Below, in pieces: positions 43,024 to 52,259 of a DNA stretch of 64,000 bases (the first letter of the stretch is position 1; each line of letters begins with the position of its first letter). A model generated the notes under the pieces. The model saw only the letters and a list, made by a program, of their open reading frames with translations, made no database searches and was not told the origin of the DNA. The stretch is from the NCBI GenBank assembly GCA_937915175.1, contig CALDNA010000066.1, forward strand, positions 2,994 through 66,993, read 5' to 3'. The DNA is from an uncultured euryarchaeote. Lineage in GTDB: Archaea > Thermoplasmatota > Poseidoniia > Poseidoniales > Poseidoniaceae. Both the position numbers and the translations under genes were made by a program.

Positions 43024-44751
43024 TCACAAGTAAGCGTTGACGACCGGCTTCTCATCCAAGTGGAAGAAGGAGTAAGCAGCCCACCAAGTGATAATGTCAA
43101 GGCTGTCTACAAGGTTGGAAACACCGGAATGCTCCTCACCGTACCCCTTGCCAGTGGTGTCCATCCAAATTTCCATTTCCTCAAGTGTATCGCAGGTTTG
43201 GTGGTAACACCAATACCCATCAACAAGTCCACCGAAACCAATGGTTACAGTTCCGAGGTTATCTTGGAAACTTGCGTGGTCTGAGCGAGCTGTCACGTCT
43301 TCGTAAACAATAATTTCCGGCTTACCCTTGTCCAACCAATCGTCAACCTTCCACGTATCATCAGCAAATCCTTCACCAATCAACACGCTTTGTTGTTGTT
43401 CGACACCAATGGCATCAGCACCGATCCAGAGCGTCAAACCAACCATCTCAGGCTGGTTGATGACATCGTGATCAAGCGATGGACCAAGGTAAACTCGCAT
43501 TGGCCAAACTTCCTCATCCTTTGGATATCCATCTGGATCAACCGTTGTTGCGGGGTCGCCGTGCGGGGCTCCTCCGCCACCAGGCCAGTTCACGCCAGCC
43601 ATATCGAGGTTGATGTAATTGGTAACGGTAACATCTGGATTGTCTTCTTTGACGTAATAATCGGTCCAGTAATCACTGCCCCGCTTTCCACCTTCTTCTC
43701 CAGACCAGAAACAGAATACCATTGTTCGACGGGTTTCGAATGCGGACATGGCCTCGGCGACGGTGAGCACCATGCTTGTACCTGCGGAATTATCGTAGGC
43801 TCCAACACCAGTTCCATAGGTTCTCGTGCCGGTGATGTGCGGGTCAAGGAGCAAAGCGTTTGCAGGGGGGGCGACGTCGAAGTGAGCACCAAAAACCATC
43901 CATTCATCTGGAACTTCACTGCCGTATCTGAAACCACAGATGTTGTATGATTCTGGGTTTTGGTTTCCAAACACATCTGTGAATTCATAGCGCTGAGTGA
44001 TGACTTCCAGGCCAAACGCTTCCAATTCATTGATCAGGTAGACAGCAGCGTCTTCATAGGCAGCATTTGCTTGACCAGCCCATCGATTTAGATAACCAAC
44101 AGCCCCGTCTGCCAAATCCAAAGGATCTAGGGTTTCATCAGTGAGGTGATGGAGGTAATTGTAGGTCGAGCGACCAGCAACAAGACCGGTTGAATGACGA
44201 CTACCTTCATCAGAAGAATAAGCGGGGGCGACGGGCCTGACAAATGTCAACGGGTAAGCAGCAGCAGGGCCGCCTGTGTCTTGGCTTGCGTTCAACGTGA
44301 CGTTTTCTTGTCCCATTCGAACGATAGCTCCCCCGTCAGCGGATTTATGACCGCCTTCAGAATACCACGTTGCCCATGACTCGTTTGCATCCCGAATCGG
44401 CCAGTTTTCCCGACCATAATCACCCAGAAGAATCAACCCCATATCGGCTCGTGGTGGGGCGAGCATTGACAGTTGTACTTGCTCACCTGCGCGCAAATCG
44501 ACAACGGTCGAGTTGACGACATAATTTGTTTCCTCATCGATGATAAGGTAGGGGATAAAGGCAGAGAGGTCCTGCTCAGCAACGATTGTAACGCCTTGAA
44601 AAACCCCTGCAGTCATGACTTGAGGCGTAACCATTGCATCATCAACAGTCACCACTGCATTCCCGTCATTTTCACCAAAACAACCTGCGAGTGGAGCCAT
44701 GAACATGATCAGAACCAACGCCATTGCATGAAGCCCGCGAGTGCCCGCCAT
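43024..44751 (-). CDS. Secreted M28-family aminopeptidase, lipobox signal (paralog 1)
   Basis: FGAHFDVAPP, GAYDNSAGTSMVL, FCFWSGEEGGKRGS, NLDMAG and ARSDHASF. N-terminus ALVLIMFMAPLAGCFG. Confidence 0.85.
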   Translation of the reverse strand: MAGTRGLHAMALVLIMFMAPLAGCFGENDGNAVVTVDDAMVTPQVMTAGVFQGVTIVAEQDLSAFIPYLIIDEETNYVVNSTVVDLRAGEQVQLSMLAPPRADMGLILLGDYGRENWPIRDANESWATWYSEGGHKSADGGAIVRMGQENVTLNASQDTGGPAAAYPLTFVRPVAPAYSSDEGSRHSTGLVAGRSTYNYLHHLTDETLDPLDLADGAVGYLNRWAGQANAAYEDAAVYLINELEAFGLEVITQRYEFTDVFGNQNPESYNICGFRYGSEVPDEWMVFGAHFDVAPPANALLLDPHITGTRTYGTGVGAYDNSAGTSMVLTVAEAMSAFETRRTMVFCFWSGEEGGKRGSDYWTDYYVKEDNPDVTVTNYINLDMAGVNWPGGGGAPHGDPATTVDPDGYPKDEEVWPMRVYLGPSLDHDVINQPEMVGLTLWIGADAIGVEQQQSVLIGEGFADDTWKVDDWLDKGKPEIIVYEDVTARSDHASFQDNLGTVTIGFGGLVDGYWCYHQTCDTLEEMEIWMDTTGKGYGEEHSGVSNLVDSLDIITWWAAYSFFHLDEKPVVNAYL

Positions 44752-45101
44752 GTTGCCGCCTCACGCCCGTACTTTCTCAAATCTGCGGCTCCTTGATGTA
44801 AAAAAACAAAAACCACATTTCCCTTTTTACGGCTTTAAACCAACCCCCACGGCTTTCAAATTACTTTTTATGGATTTTTATTTCTGTAATGCGGAAGAAT
44901 ATTACAAAAAACCATCAATTATAGCCAATGGTTTGATTAAGGTTCATGTTGAACGCTGATGTGATACAATGGAACGCAAACCGGATACAATCCACGTGCT
45001 CTTGACCGTAAAACGAAAACCGAAACGAACCCGTTACCTTTGGGCCAATGCGATTATCATCGACGATCAAGATTCTCGCTGCCCTCTTATCGAAGGTTGA
45101 A

Positions 45102-45788
45102 TCACTCTTCTTCGCGAACGGCCGCAGAATCTTCTTCATCAGAAGCTTGAATCTTCTTGTCCCTCGAGATGCTGAACGCAAGCCCGAGCGCCCCGATCGC
45201 AGCAACCACCATAACGCCGATCAAAACCTCTTGTTGTGTGATATTTTCACTTGTAGCCTCTACGGTTTGTTCTTCACAACCAATGCCAAAACAATCACCC
45301 GTGCCCGGCACACCTGCTTCTTCATGGACGTCCTTCCATAATGTCATCGAATGGTTTTGAGATGAAACCACGCTGCCGTTGACCGCTCGTTCGAACATGT
45401 AACTGTAGTTCCCCGGGGCAGCGTTCAAATCGAAAATATAGGTGTGTGAAACGGCGCATGATTCATCAGCAAGCGTTCCATTTTCAGTGAGTTCACACGA
45501 TTCAACAAGCCAAACTGAGATGTTGTCGGTTGCGTTGTCGTATGCGCTATCACCATTGAGGTCGATGCTGATTCGAATAGAGGCGTTTTCAGATGTGTCT
45601 TTCATCCGGAACACCACGGCGTTTCCTTGAACAAAATCACTGTCGGTGATGTTTGCAGGCATCGGCCCTTCGGCGACCACAACCACATTGTAGGTTTCTT
45701 GTTCGTGAGCCGCTGTTTGGCCCACACAAACAAGTCCAACGAACATCACCATCGCGAAGACGGCACCCTTGCGAACCCGACCGGACAT
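45102..45788 (-). CDS. Hypothetical secreted protein with C-terminal TM anchor
   Basis: Signal peptide MSGRVRKGAVFAMVMFVGLVCVGQTAA, many N-x-S/T sequons and C-terminal helix VLIGVMVVAAIGALGLAF. ORF 45102..45965 trimmed. Confidence 0.5.
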   Translation of the reverse strand: MSGRVRKGAVFAMVMFVGLVCVGQTAAHEQETYNVVVVAEGPMPANITDSDFVQGNAVVFRMKDTSENASIRISIDLNGDSAYDNATDNISVWLVESCELTENGTLADESCAVSHTYIFDLNAAPGNYSYMFERAVNGSVVSSQNHSMTLWKDVHEEAGVPGTGDCFGIGCEEQTVEATSENITQQEVLIGVMVVAAIGALGLAFSISRDKKIQASDEEDSAAVREEE

Positions 45789-45846
45789 GCTTTCTCCTTC
45801 ACAGCATAACATAAAGACAAAACGGAAGAGCAGACCCGACCAACTC

Positions 45847-47637
45847 ATGGGCGCTAAGGAAACCGGTCTCGGTATTTTCATTGTGGTGTTGCTTTCCTGT
45901 GCGACACTCATTGTCAAAGGGCCTGCTACGGTCGATGAACCCGCTGAAACGAGCGCGTTTGACACCTCGGATCCACTGTACCAGTACGAGGGGCACGATC
46001 ACTCGAATGCCTCTCAACACGTAGCGGGTACCGACAACATGGCTCTTGTTGATTTCAACCCCCTCACGACCCCGGGGAATGCAGAAGTTCAGGTGGCGAC
46101 AACCCCTGATGGCGAAAGAACCTACGCCTATCTTGCAGGGTGGAATGACATGCACATTGTTGATGTCACCGATCCAGACAACACCTCTGTTGTCGGCGTG
46201 TATAACGATCCAAACACACAGGTTTTGGATGTCAAGTACCTCGAGTATAACGGCCGAGAATATATTCTACAGCAAAACCAACTTGTTGATCCCGGAAATT
46301 CAGACCCGAACATTGGCGAATGGGGCGACCCGATTCAAGTGAGCGTCACCCTCATTGATGTAACAACAAAGTCCAACCCCGTTTTTGTTGACAATTGGTA
46401 TGATGTCGACCATCCAACAGGCCCCCACAACCTCTACACCCACATGATTGATGGAGAATGGTACGTTTTTGTTGCTAATCCCGAATACGAACAATGCAAC
46501 GATGCTATCGGCGAAGCATGCGGTGGCGTTACGATTGCGCATCTCAACCTCGATGGCTCAGCCTCACGAAACCTGCAAGGGGTGCCCGCCTCGGGACTTG
46601 GCCACACCATCATCAAGGTCGGAGAATACGAAGTCGCCTGGGAAACAACCCGTGGCGGCTGGATTTACATTCACGACATGACCGTGCAGTTGTGGCCTGG
46701 TGAAGACCCAAACGACCCACGATTCGGTCACACCTTCATCTACGGCAGTTACTGGGAAGCAGGACTGAGGATTGGCGACGTCACCGACGTCCCACACCCT
46801 GTGAATTCACCCGAAGAGTACGTGCTTCATGCGACCTTGTGTAAAACAGGCCAAGGCAACCCCCTCCAATGCCGCTGGCGAGCTGAAGAAGTCGGACTTT
46901 GGATGGACTTCCTCGATATGGACGAAGACGGTCAACCCGACAGCGGAACCACGGGGAATGAAAACGGCGGTCGAGTGTCTTACATTCACTATGCAGAACC
47001 CTTCCCAACCATGGTCGATCTTTCTCACGTTGGTTACTCGGATGAACCAGTCCACATGGTAACGGCAGCCGTTGAAGTGCTTTCCACCAACGTCGGCACC
47101 GGCATCATCTATCTGATTGACACCACTGAGTACAGCATGGAAGACGGACAGTTCAAATTCAAACCGAAGTTGATTCGAGATTGGGAAATCCCATACGGCG
47201 AGGACCACTGCTACGGCGAAGATTGCGAAGCGTTCCCGGACAGCGAAGAATGGCTGTTGTTCTCCCCTCACAACCTCGACAGCGCCTACTTCGAAACGGA
47301 TGAAACAACCGATCAAAGCCACGGCGGCGGTTGGGATGGGCGGCTGTACATCTCTCACTACCACGCGGGACTGTGGGTTATCGACGTGGAAACACTGGTC
47401 GCTCCGACCAACCCCGATGATCGGCGAGCCACCAACTTTGAAGCCACAGTTGGATGGTACCTTCCTCACGGTGAAGATGGAGTTGCCCTGCAATCGAGCT
47501 TCTATGATTTCGGCTGGGTGCCTTTCCTTTGGGCGGTTGAACATCATAACGGCCTGACCTATGCTTCGTGCATTTCCACAGGTTTGTATATCGTGCAACT
47601 CGAGGCAGACCTACCGTACCTAGGTACATCCGTTTGA
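45847..47637 (+). CDS. Secreted LVIVD-repeat beta-propeller protein
   Basis: MHIVDVTDPDNTSVVGVY, GLWVIDVETL and GLYIVQLE are LVIVD-type blades. Signal/lipobox-like GIFIVVLLSCAT. ORF 45769..47637 trimmed. Confidence 0.6.
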   Translation: MGAKETGLGIFIVVLLSCATLIVKGPATVDEPAETSAFDTSDPLYQYEGHDHSNASQHVAGTDNMALVDFNPLTTPGNAEVQVATTPDGERTYAYLAGWNDMHIVDVTDPDNTSVVGVYNDPNTQVLDVKYLEYNGREYILQQNQLVDPGNSDPNIGEWGDPIQVSVTLIDVTTKSNPVFVDNWYDVDHPTGPHNLYTHMIDGEWYVFVANPEYEQCNDAIGEACGGVTIAHLNLDGSASRNLQGVPASGLGHTIIKVGEYEVAWETTRGGWIYIHDMTVQLWPGEDPNDPRFGHTFIYGSYWEAGLRIGDVTDVPHPVNSPEEYVLHATLCKTGQGNPLQCRWRAEEVGLWMDFLDMDEDGQPDSGTTGNENGGRVSYIHYAEPFPTMVDLSHVGYSDEPVHMVTAAVEVLSTNVGTGIIYLIDTTEYSMEDGQFKFKPKLIRDWEIPYGEDHCYGEDCEAFPDSEEWLLFSPHNLDSAYFETDETTDQSHGGGWDGRLYISHYHAGLWVIDVETLVAPTNPDDRRATNFEATVGWYLPHGEDGVALQSSFYDFGWVPFLWAVEHHNGLTYASCISTGLYIVQLEADLPYLGTSV

Positions 47638-47646
47638 GGTGATTTA

Positions 47647-48393
47647 TTGCGCAATATCCTTACAGCATGCTTGTTTACTGTCTCATTGCTTCTTTCAGGG
47701 TGTTTCGCCCCAGAGTCCTTTGTCGAAGAATCCCCTTACCATGGCGAGGCCATTGATCCAGTTGTAGCGGTCGACGACTTTACACTCAACAACGCCACAG
47801 GCGATGTATGGAATTTTGCTGAGCAAACAGAAGGCAAAGTTGTCGTCATCGCCTTCTTGTTCACAAACTGCATTGATATCTGCCCTATTGTCACTGAGAA
47901 CCTCCGTTGGATGTCAAGCCAATTATCCGAAGAAGAACACAACGCAACTGAATTCATCACCGTCACCGTCGACCCGTGGCGAGACGATCCTGCAACAATG
48001 CTCGACTGGAAGGAAGGCAGGGGTACAAATTGGAGCCACCTCTCAATCAACGACGTCGACAATGAATCTCAAATGAAAGCCATTACTGATTTGTGGGTGA
48101 ACTTTGGAGTCGGCCTTTGGATTGAAGAAGCACCTTCTGACCTCGCCGATGAAGAATCCAGCAACGAGTCCAGCAACGAATCCGAGGGCAACTCGAGTGA
48201 AAATACGAGCGATCAATCGAACACATCAACAAGCGCCCGACACCACCCAGACGCATACAGCGTCAACCACAGCACTGGAACAGTTCTCGTCGACCACCGA
48301 GGGCTTCAACAGGTGTGGTGGGGCGATAATGACTGGTTCCCCGACCTCGTTCTCGAAGACGTCCAAGCTCTAATCAACGCTAGAAACGAATGA
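47647..48393 (+). CDS. SCO1/SenC-family thioredoxin-fold copper chaperone, lipobox signal, with Ser/Asn/Glu-rich insert
   Basis: VVVIAFLFTNCIDICP (C-x-x-x-C-P) and a downstream conserved His (SVNHSTGTVLVD). N-terminus LFTVSLLLSGCFA. TTG start 10 nt after the propeller gene. Confidence 0.75.
   Translation: MRNILTACLFTVSLLLSGCFAPESFVEESPYHGEAIDPVVAVDDFTLNNATGDVWNFAEQTEGKVVVIAFLFTNCIDICPIVTENLRWMSSQLSEEEHNATEFITVTVDPWRDDPATMLDWKEGRGTNWSHLSINDVDNESQMKAITDLWVNFGVGLWIEEAPSDLADEESSNESSNESEGNSSENTSDQSNTSTSARHHPDAYSVNHSTGTVLVDHRGLQQVWWGDNDWFPDLVLEDVQALINARNE
48157..48192 (+). repeat. 12-nt tandem repeat (TCCAGCAACGAR, 2 copies plus a degenerate third) encoding SSNE units
   Basis: tccagcaacgag tccagcaacgaa tccgagggcaac read directly. 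It lies within EESSNESSNESEGNSSENTSDQSNTSTS. Confidence 0.6.
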
Positions 48394-48398
48394 TTCGT

Positions 48399-49997
48399 TC
48401 ACAGTTCGTTAGGTACAGGGGCTTGGTCCATGTGCAGGAACGCATAGACTGCCCACCATGTGACAATGTCCCACGAGTGGACTAAGTTTGCTTCACCGGT
48501 CGCATTATCGGTAGCCATGTATTCCTCCATTACAGGTAATTTGTCGCACGTTTTATGATAACAAGGATACCCATCGACCACCCCGTTCCAGCCAAGCGTG
48601 GCTACGCCAATTTGTTGGAATGAATCGTGATCGCTTCGGGCGGTTGGACTCTCATAGATGGCAACCATGTCTTGGTAGTTGTTTTCCCACAACGGACTTT
48701 CGCCACCAGCTGCCCATTCAGCCCGGCCACGCTCAATTTGGTATGACAAATCAAACGCATCAGCGCCGATCCATTCTGCTAAGTGATACATTCCAGTTTG
48801 GTCAATGACGTCACCTGTGCCGTCAGGGCCAAGGTAAACCGAGAGGGCAAAATCCCCAGGGTAGTTGATGCCCGCCATATCGAGGTTGAGGTAATTGCTT
48901 ACCGTAACGCCGTCGGGAAGATCTCCCGCAAAGGCACTGGAGCCCCACAGGCCTTCTTCTTCAGATGACCACAAGCAGAACACCATGGTTCTTCGAGCAT
49001 CGAAATCAGCTAAGACGCTAGCAGTGGTGAGCACCATCGATGTGCCGGCAGCGTTGTCGTAAGCACCGGTTCGAGTGCCATACCCTTGCTGTTCGGTGCC
49101 TGGAATGATAGCAGTCGGTGGCGTAGCGTAGGGGGCGATGTCGAAATGAGCTCCAAAGACCAGCCATTCATCAGGGTAAACTGTCCCTTCTTTGTAGCCG
49201 CAAATATTGACAGCCCACAAGGTGCCTGACTGGAACCGATGAACTTGGACATCCAGTCCATAACCAACCATGACGCCTTCGAAGTAAGTTATTGCATCTT
49301 CATAAGCAGGGTTTCCATTGCCAATCCAACGGTCGAGGTAGCCAACTGCTCCATCATAAGGGTCGGTCGGGTCTGGTGTTTCATCGGTGATGAAATCCAC
49401 CCATTCGTACACGTCACGGCCGTTGAGCCAGCCTCCGCTTGCGTTGACACCGTTTTCCTCCGTTAGGTCGGAACGCTGTTCTCGCTCGGTGGTCATTTGC
49501 TTGACAACAACATCGCCACCTGTGGTCTCTGCTGGAATCACCCATCGCCACTCGCCATTTTCATCTTCATTTGGCGCGACCATGACGGCGGACCCACTGG
49601 AGCGGTCCATGGTCCAATCCATCCACGATTCATCAGCTGCTCGAATCGGCCAATTGGTTCGACCGTAGTCCCCAAGAAGCATCACAACGTCACTGTTGCG
49701 TGGTGGAAACAAGACACTGACGCTCACCGATTCGCCTTCCATGAGGTCGAACACGGTGCTGTTTTGAGCGCGGAGGGAACCTGGGTCTTGGATGAAGTAA
49801 GGGAGGAAGACACTCATGTCTCGCGCCGCTTTGAGGTCAATCGTTGTCCATTCCCCTCCTGGAATTAGATCGGGCCGCACGCTGAGGTCTTCAGAATCTG
49901 GTAAACCGGTCGCTGCAGTTTCCCCAAAGCACCCCGCAAACGGGGCTGAGAACATCAGTAAGACGAGCAAAACAGCACGTGCATGTAGAGAGCGCAT
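48399..49997 (-). CDS. Secreted M28-family aminopeptidase, lipobox signal (paralog 2)
   Basis: FGAHFDIAPY, GAYDNAAGTSMVL, FCLWSSEEEGLWGS, NLDMAG and ARSDHDSF. Colinear with the 43024..44751 product. N-terminus LLVLLMFSAPFAGCFG. ORF 48399..50060 trimmed. Confidence 0.85.
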   Translation of the reverse strand: MRSLHARAVLLVLLMFSAPFAGCFGETAATGLPDSEDLSVRPDLIPGGEWTTIDLKAARDMSVFLPYFIQDPGSLRAQNSTVFDLMEGESVSVSVLFPPRNSDVVMLLGDYGRTNWPIRAADESWMDWTMDRSSGSAVMVAPNEDENGEWRWVIPAETTGGDVVVKQMTTEREQRSDLTEENGVNASGGWLNGRDVYEWVDFITDETPDPTDPYDGAVGYLDRWIGNGNPAYEDAITYFEGVMVGYGLDVQVHRFQSGTLWAVNICGYKEGTVYPDEWLVFGAHFDIAPYATPPTAIIPGTEQQGYGTRTGAYDNAAGTSMVLTTASVLADFDARRTMVFCLWSSEEEGLWGSSAFAGDLPDGVTVSNYLNLDMAGINYPGDFALSVYLGPDGTGDVIDQTGMYHLAEWIGADAFDLSYQIERGRAEWAAGGESPLWENNYQDMVAIYESPTARSDHDSFQQIGVATLGWNGVVDGYPCYHKTCDKLPVMEEYMATDNATGEANLVHSWDIVTWWAVYAFLHMDQAPVPNEL

Positions 49998-50146
49998 AGC
50001 AGGCCGTGGTCGCTTTCGTTGTTGAACCCAACGGCCTAAACTATCATTATATCCGAACATGAAAATAAAACCGGAGTTCCGTTCACCGGAAACAGGATTC
50101 CAAGAAAGGGCGAACGGTTAAGGGGGGGCAGTTGTCCGGTTTGAAC

Positions 50147-50956
50147 ATGGCAACGGTTCGTGTGGACCAAAAAGGCCGGGCACTGACCCGAGCGATACCT
50201 GCCTCATTTGACCAAGCAATAGCCAAATTCTTCGGCTCTGGTCCTACCGATATCGAACTTGCAAAGGCCCAACATTTGGCCTATCGTGAGGCACTCCTAG
50301 CAGCAGGCGTCGAAGTCACAGTCCTGCCGTCTGATGACGATTTGCCCGACTCAATTTTTGTTGAAGACCAAGCCGTTGTGATCGACGGACACGTTCTGCT
50401 TCCCGTTCCTGGCCACCCCGCCCGTGTTGCTGAACAACCACCAATTGCAGAGTTCGTAACCCGTCAACTTTCAGGCACGCAAGTCTGTCGAATGCACGGT
50501 GAAGCTCGCATGGATGGAGGTGACATTATTCGCTTGGGTGATTTGTTCTTTGTTGGCCGATCTTCAAGGACAAATGACGCAGGCATCGCTGAGTTGCGAG
50601 ACCTTCTCGCACACCTTGGTCACGAACTTCGCACCGTCGAAATCCCAGGCCATGCATTGCATCTTACAAGCATCACATCAACTCCAACAGATTCAGTCAT
50701 CTTGGTTCCAGAAGGTTACCTTCCAGCCGATGCGTTTGGGATCCTTCCAGACGGGTGTGAAATCAAGTGGATGCCAAAGGAAGAAGCGTATGGTTGCAAC
50801 ACCATCGGCTTATCCAACGGCCAAGTCTTGGTCGCTGAGGGGTACCCAACCATTCTCGCCACAATCAAATCCATGGGGCTTGAACCCGTCGTGCTTGACA
50901 TGAGTCAAATCCGTGCTGCTGATGGTTCACTCACCTGCTGTTCGCTGTTCTATTGA
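50147..50956 (+). CDS. Amidinotransferase-fold enzyme, dimethylarginine dimethylaminohydrolase (DDAH)-like
   Basis: PDSIFVEDQAVV, the MDGGDIIRLGD block, HLTS and a C-terminal catalytic Cys context (AADGSLTCCSLFY). Confidence 0.7.
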   Translation: MATVRVDQKGRALTRAIPASFDQAIAKFFGSGPTDIELAKAQHLAYREALLAAGVEVTVLPSDDDLPDSIFVEDQAVVIDGHVLLPVPGHPARVAEQPPIAEFVTRQLSGTQVCRMHGEARMDGGDIIRLGDLFFVGRSSRTNDAGIAELRDLLAHLGHELRTVEIPGHALHLTSITSTPTDSVILVPEGYLPADAFGILPDGCEIKWMPKEEAYGCNTIGLSNGQVLVAEGYPTILATIKSMGLEPVVLDMSQIRAADGSLTCCSLFY

Positions 50957-50959
50957 GCA

Positions 50960-51433
50960 TCAAACAAAGCGCTGCTTTTCATCATAGACCGTAGCGTGCC
51001 AGTGCACCAACTGAGCGGTTGCGTCTTCTTCATTTTTAACGCGATGGATGTTGTTTTCAAACGCCCCCGAGGCGTGCACATCGGCGAAGACCACACCTTG
51101 CTCCGAGGAGATCAACTCCAACGTCTTGGTGTGGTCGAGGTAAACACCGATTTCAAAAACGACAAAGGGTGGCCGGTTGGAAGTGAGGTGTTGAAACATA
51201 GGTGAGAAGAGAAAACTTGCTAAATCTTCCGTTGTTTGAAAGGAACACAACATCGACAGGGTTTGTAACAATCCTTCGTCTTGGGGCTCGAGCGGAGGTT
51301 TAGGCTCGTCGATGGTGCGAGATTTGACCACCGTTAACAGAGGCTTGCCTTCGTGCATGTCATGGCGTAGATGGGCCCTTGCATAATGGTATTCAAGAAA
51401 AAACCCACGGTCACCAAGGCAAATGTTCACCAT
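50960..51433 (-). CDS. Hypothetical protein
   Basis: ORF only; I recognise no motif. Confidence 0.35.
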   Translation of the reverse strand: MVNICLGDRGFFLEYHYARAHLRHDMHEGKPLLTVVKSRTIDEPKPPLEPQDEGLLQTLSMLCSFQTTEDLASFLFSPMFQHLTSNRPPFVVFEIGVYLDHTKTLELISSEQGVVFADVHASGAFENNIHRVKNEEDATAQLVHWHATVYDEKQRFV

Positions 51434-52088
51434 CGTATTGAATGAATTTACCGCTGTCGTTCAAGGTCAAAGCCTCGACAACTGCCCGCATCCCTTCGAC
51501 GCTTTCTGGCATTTCAACAGGCGCTCTGTCGCCACCCATGCTCGTTTTGACCCAGCCAGGGTGTAAGATGACGAAACTGATGTTGTCCTCAATTGCTTCT
51601 TTCTTCATGGCGACCGTGAACATGTTGAGGGCGGTTTTACTGGCTCGGTAAGCGTAGGATCGACCCATTTCACAATCATCGATTGATGCCATCAAACTGC
51701 TCGTCATTGCAACCTTTGTTAATTGGTCGTGGTTCATTTTCCCATAGAGGGCCTGAACGACGCGAACGGGCCCAAGAGCGTTAATATCCATGACTTCAAG
51801 CGCCCAAGCATCATCAATTTCGGAGAGGTTCCGCCACCGCCCATCGGCTACACCTGCGTTATTGACGAGCAAATCGATTTGTGAGGGTGCGGCTTCGGCA
51901 AACGCTTTGACGGAATCATTGCTTTGGACATCGAGCTGATGAATGCTCAACTTTTCACAGGCAAGCGAATCCAGGCGGCCCATATCACTTCGATATCCAG
52001 CATACACACTCCAGCCTTCCTCAAGCAATTGCGCAACCCATTCTGCGCCAAGTCCACGGTTCGCTCCAGTCACAACTGCAATGCCCAT
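51411..52088 (-). CDS. Short-chain dehydrogenase/reductase (classical SDR)
   Basis: IAVVTGANRGLGAEW (T-G-x-x-x-G-x-G), NNAG and YRASKTALN (Y-x-x-x-K). ORF 51411..52349 trimmed to MGIAVV. Confidence 0.8.
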   Translation of the reverse strand: MGIAVVTGANRGLGAEWVAQLLEEGWSVYAGYRSDMGRLDSLACEKLSIHQLDVQSNDSVKAFAEAAPSQIDLLVNNAGVADGRWRNLSEIDDAWALEVMDINALGPVRVVQALYGKMNHDQLTKVAMTSSLMASIDDCEMGRSYAYRASKTALNMFTVAMKKEAIEDNISFVILHPGWVKTSMGGDRAPVEMPESVEGMRAVVEALTLNDSGKFIQYDGEHLPW

Positions 52089-52259
52089 GATGCGGTTCAA
52101 TTGAGGCTGATTGAAGAACCTTTCAACCCGGTTTGGACCAAAGGCAGCAAAGACAAAACGACAGGTTTTGAAGTTCTTGTTTATGGCACGGCTGTAAAGT
52201 ACTGAATGATGGCCTCTTTGAAGGACAAACCATAGGTGGAGTTCTTGAGGGGTTAGCCC

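Noticed and set aside
45769-45965. An apparent 197-nt overlap between the divergent ORFs 45102..45965 and 45769..47637.
   Set aside because: Both ORFs contain internal Met codons immediately before classic signal peptides (MSGRVRKGAVFAMVMF... and MGAKETGLGIFIVVLL...). Using those starts removes the overlap and leaves a 58-bp divergent spacer.
46807-47598. Long antisense ORFs overlapping confidently assigned genes. Examples: 46807..47598 (263 aa), 10758..11522 (254 aa), 8763..9410, 1246..1881, 724..1203, 20059..20679, 19775..20290, 33252..33632 and 63013..63453.
   Set aside because: Each lies opposite, or out of frame to, a gene with clear family motifs. Their translations are Arg/Ser/Pro/Cys-rich and low-complexity, with no recognisable motifs. 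This is the usual shadow-ORF behaviour of moderately GC-rich coding DNA.
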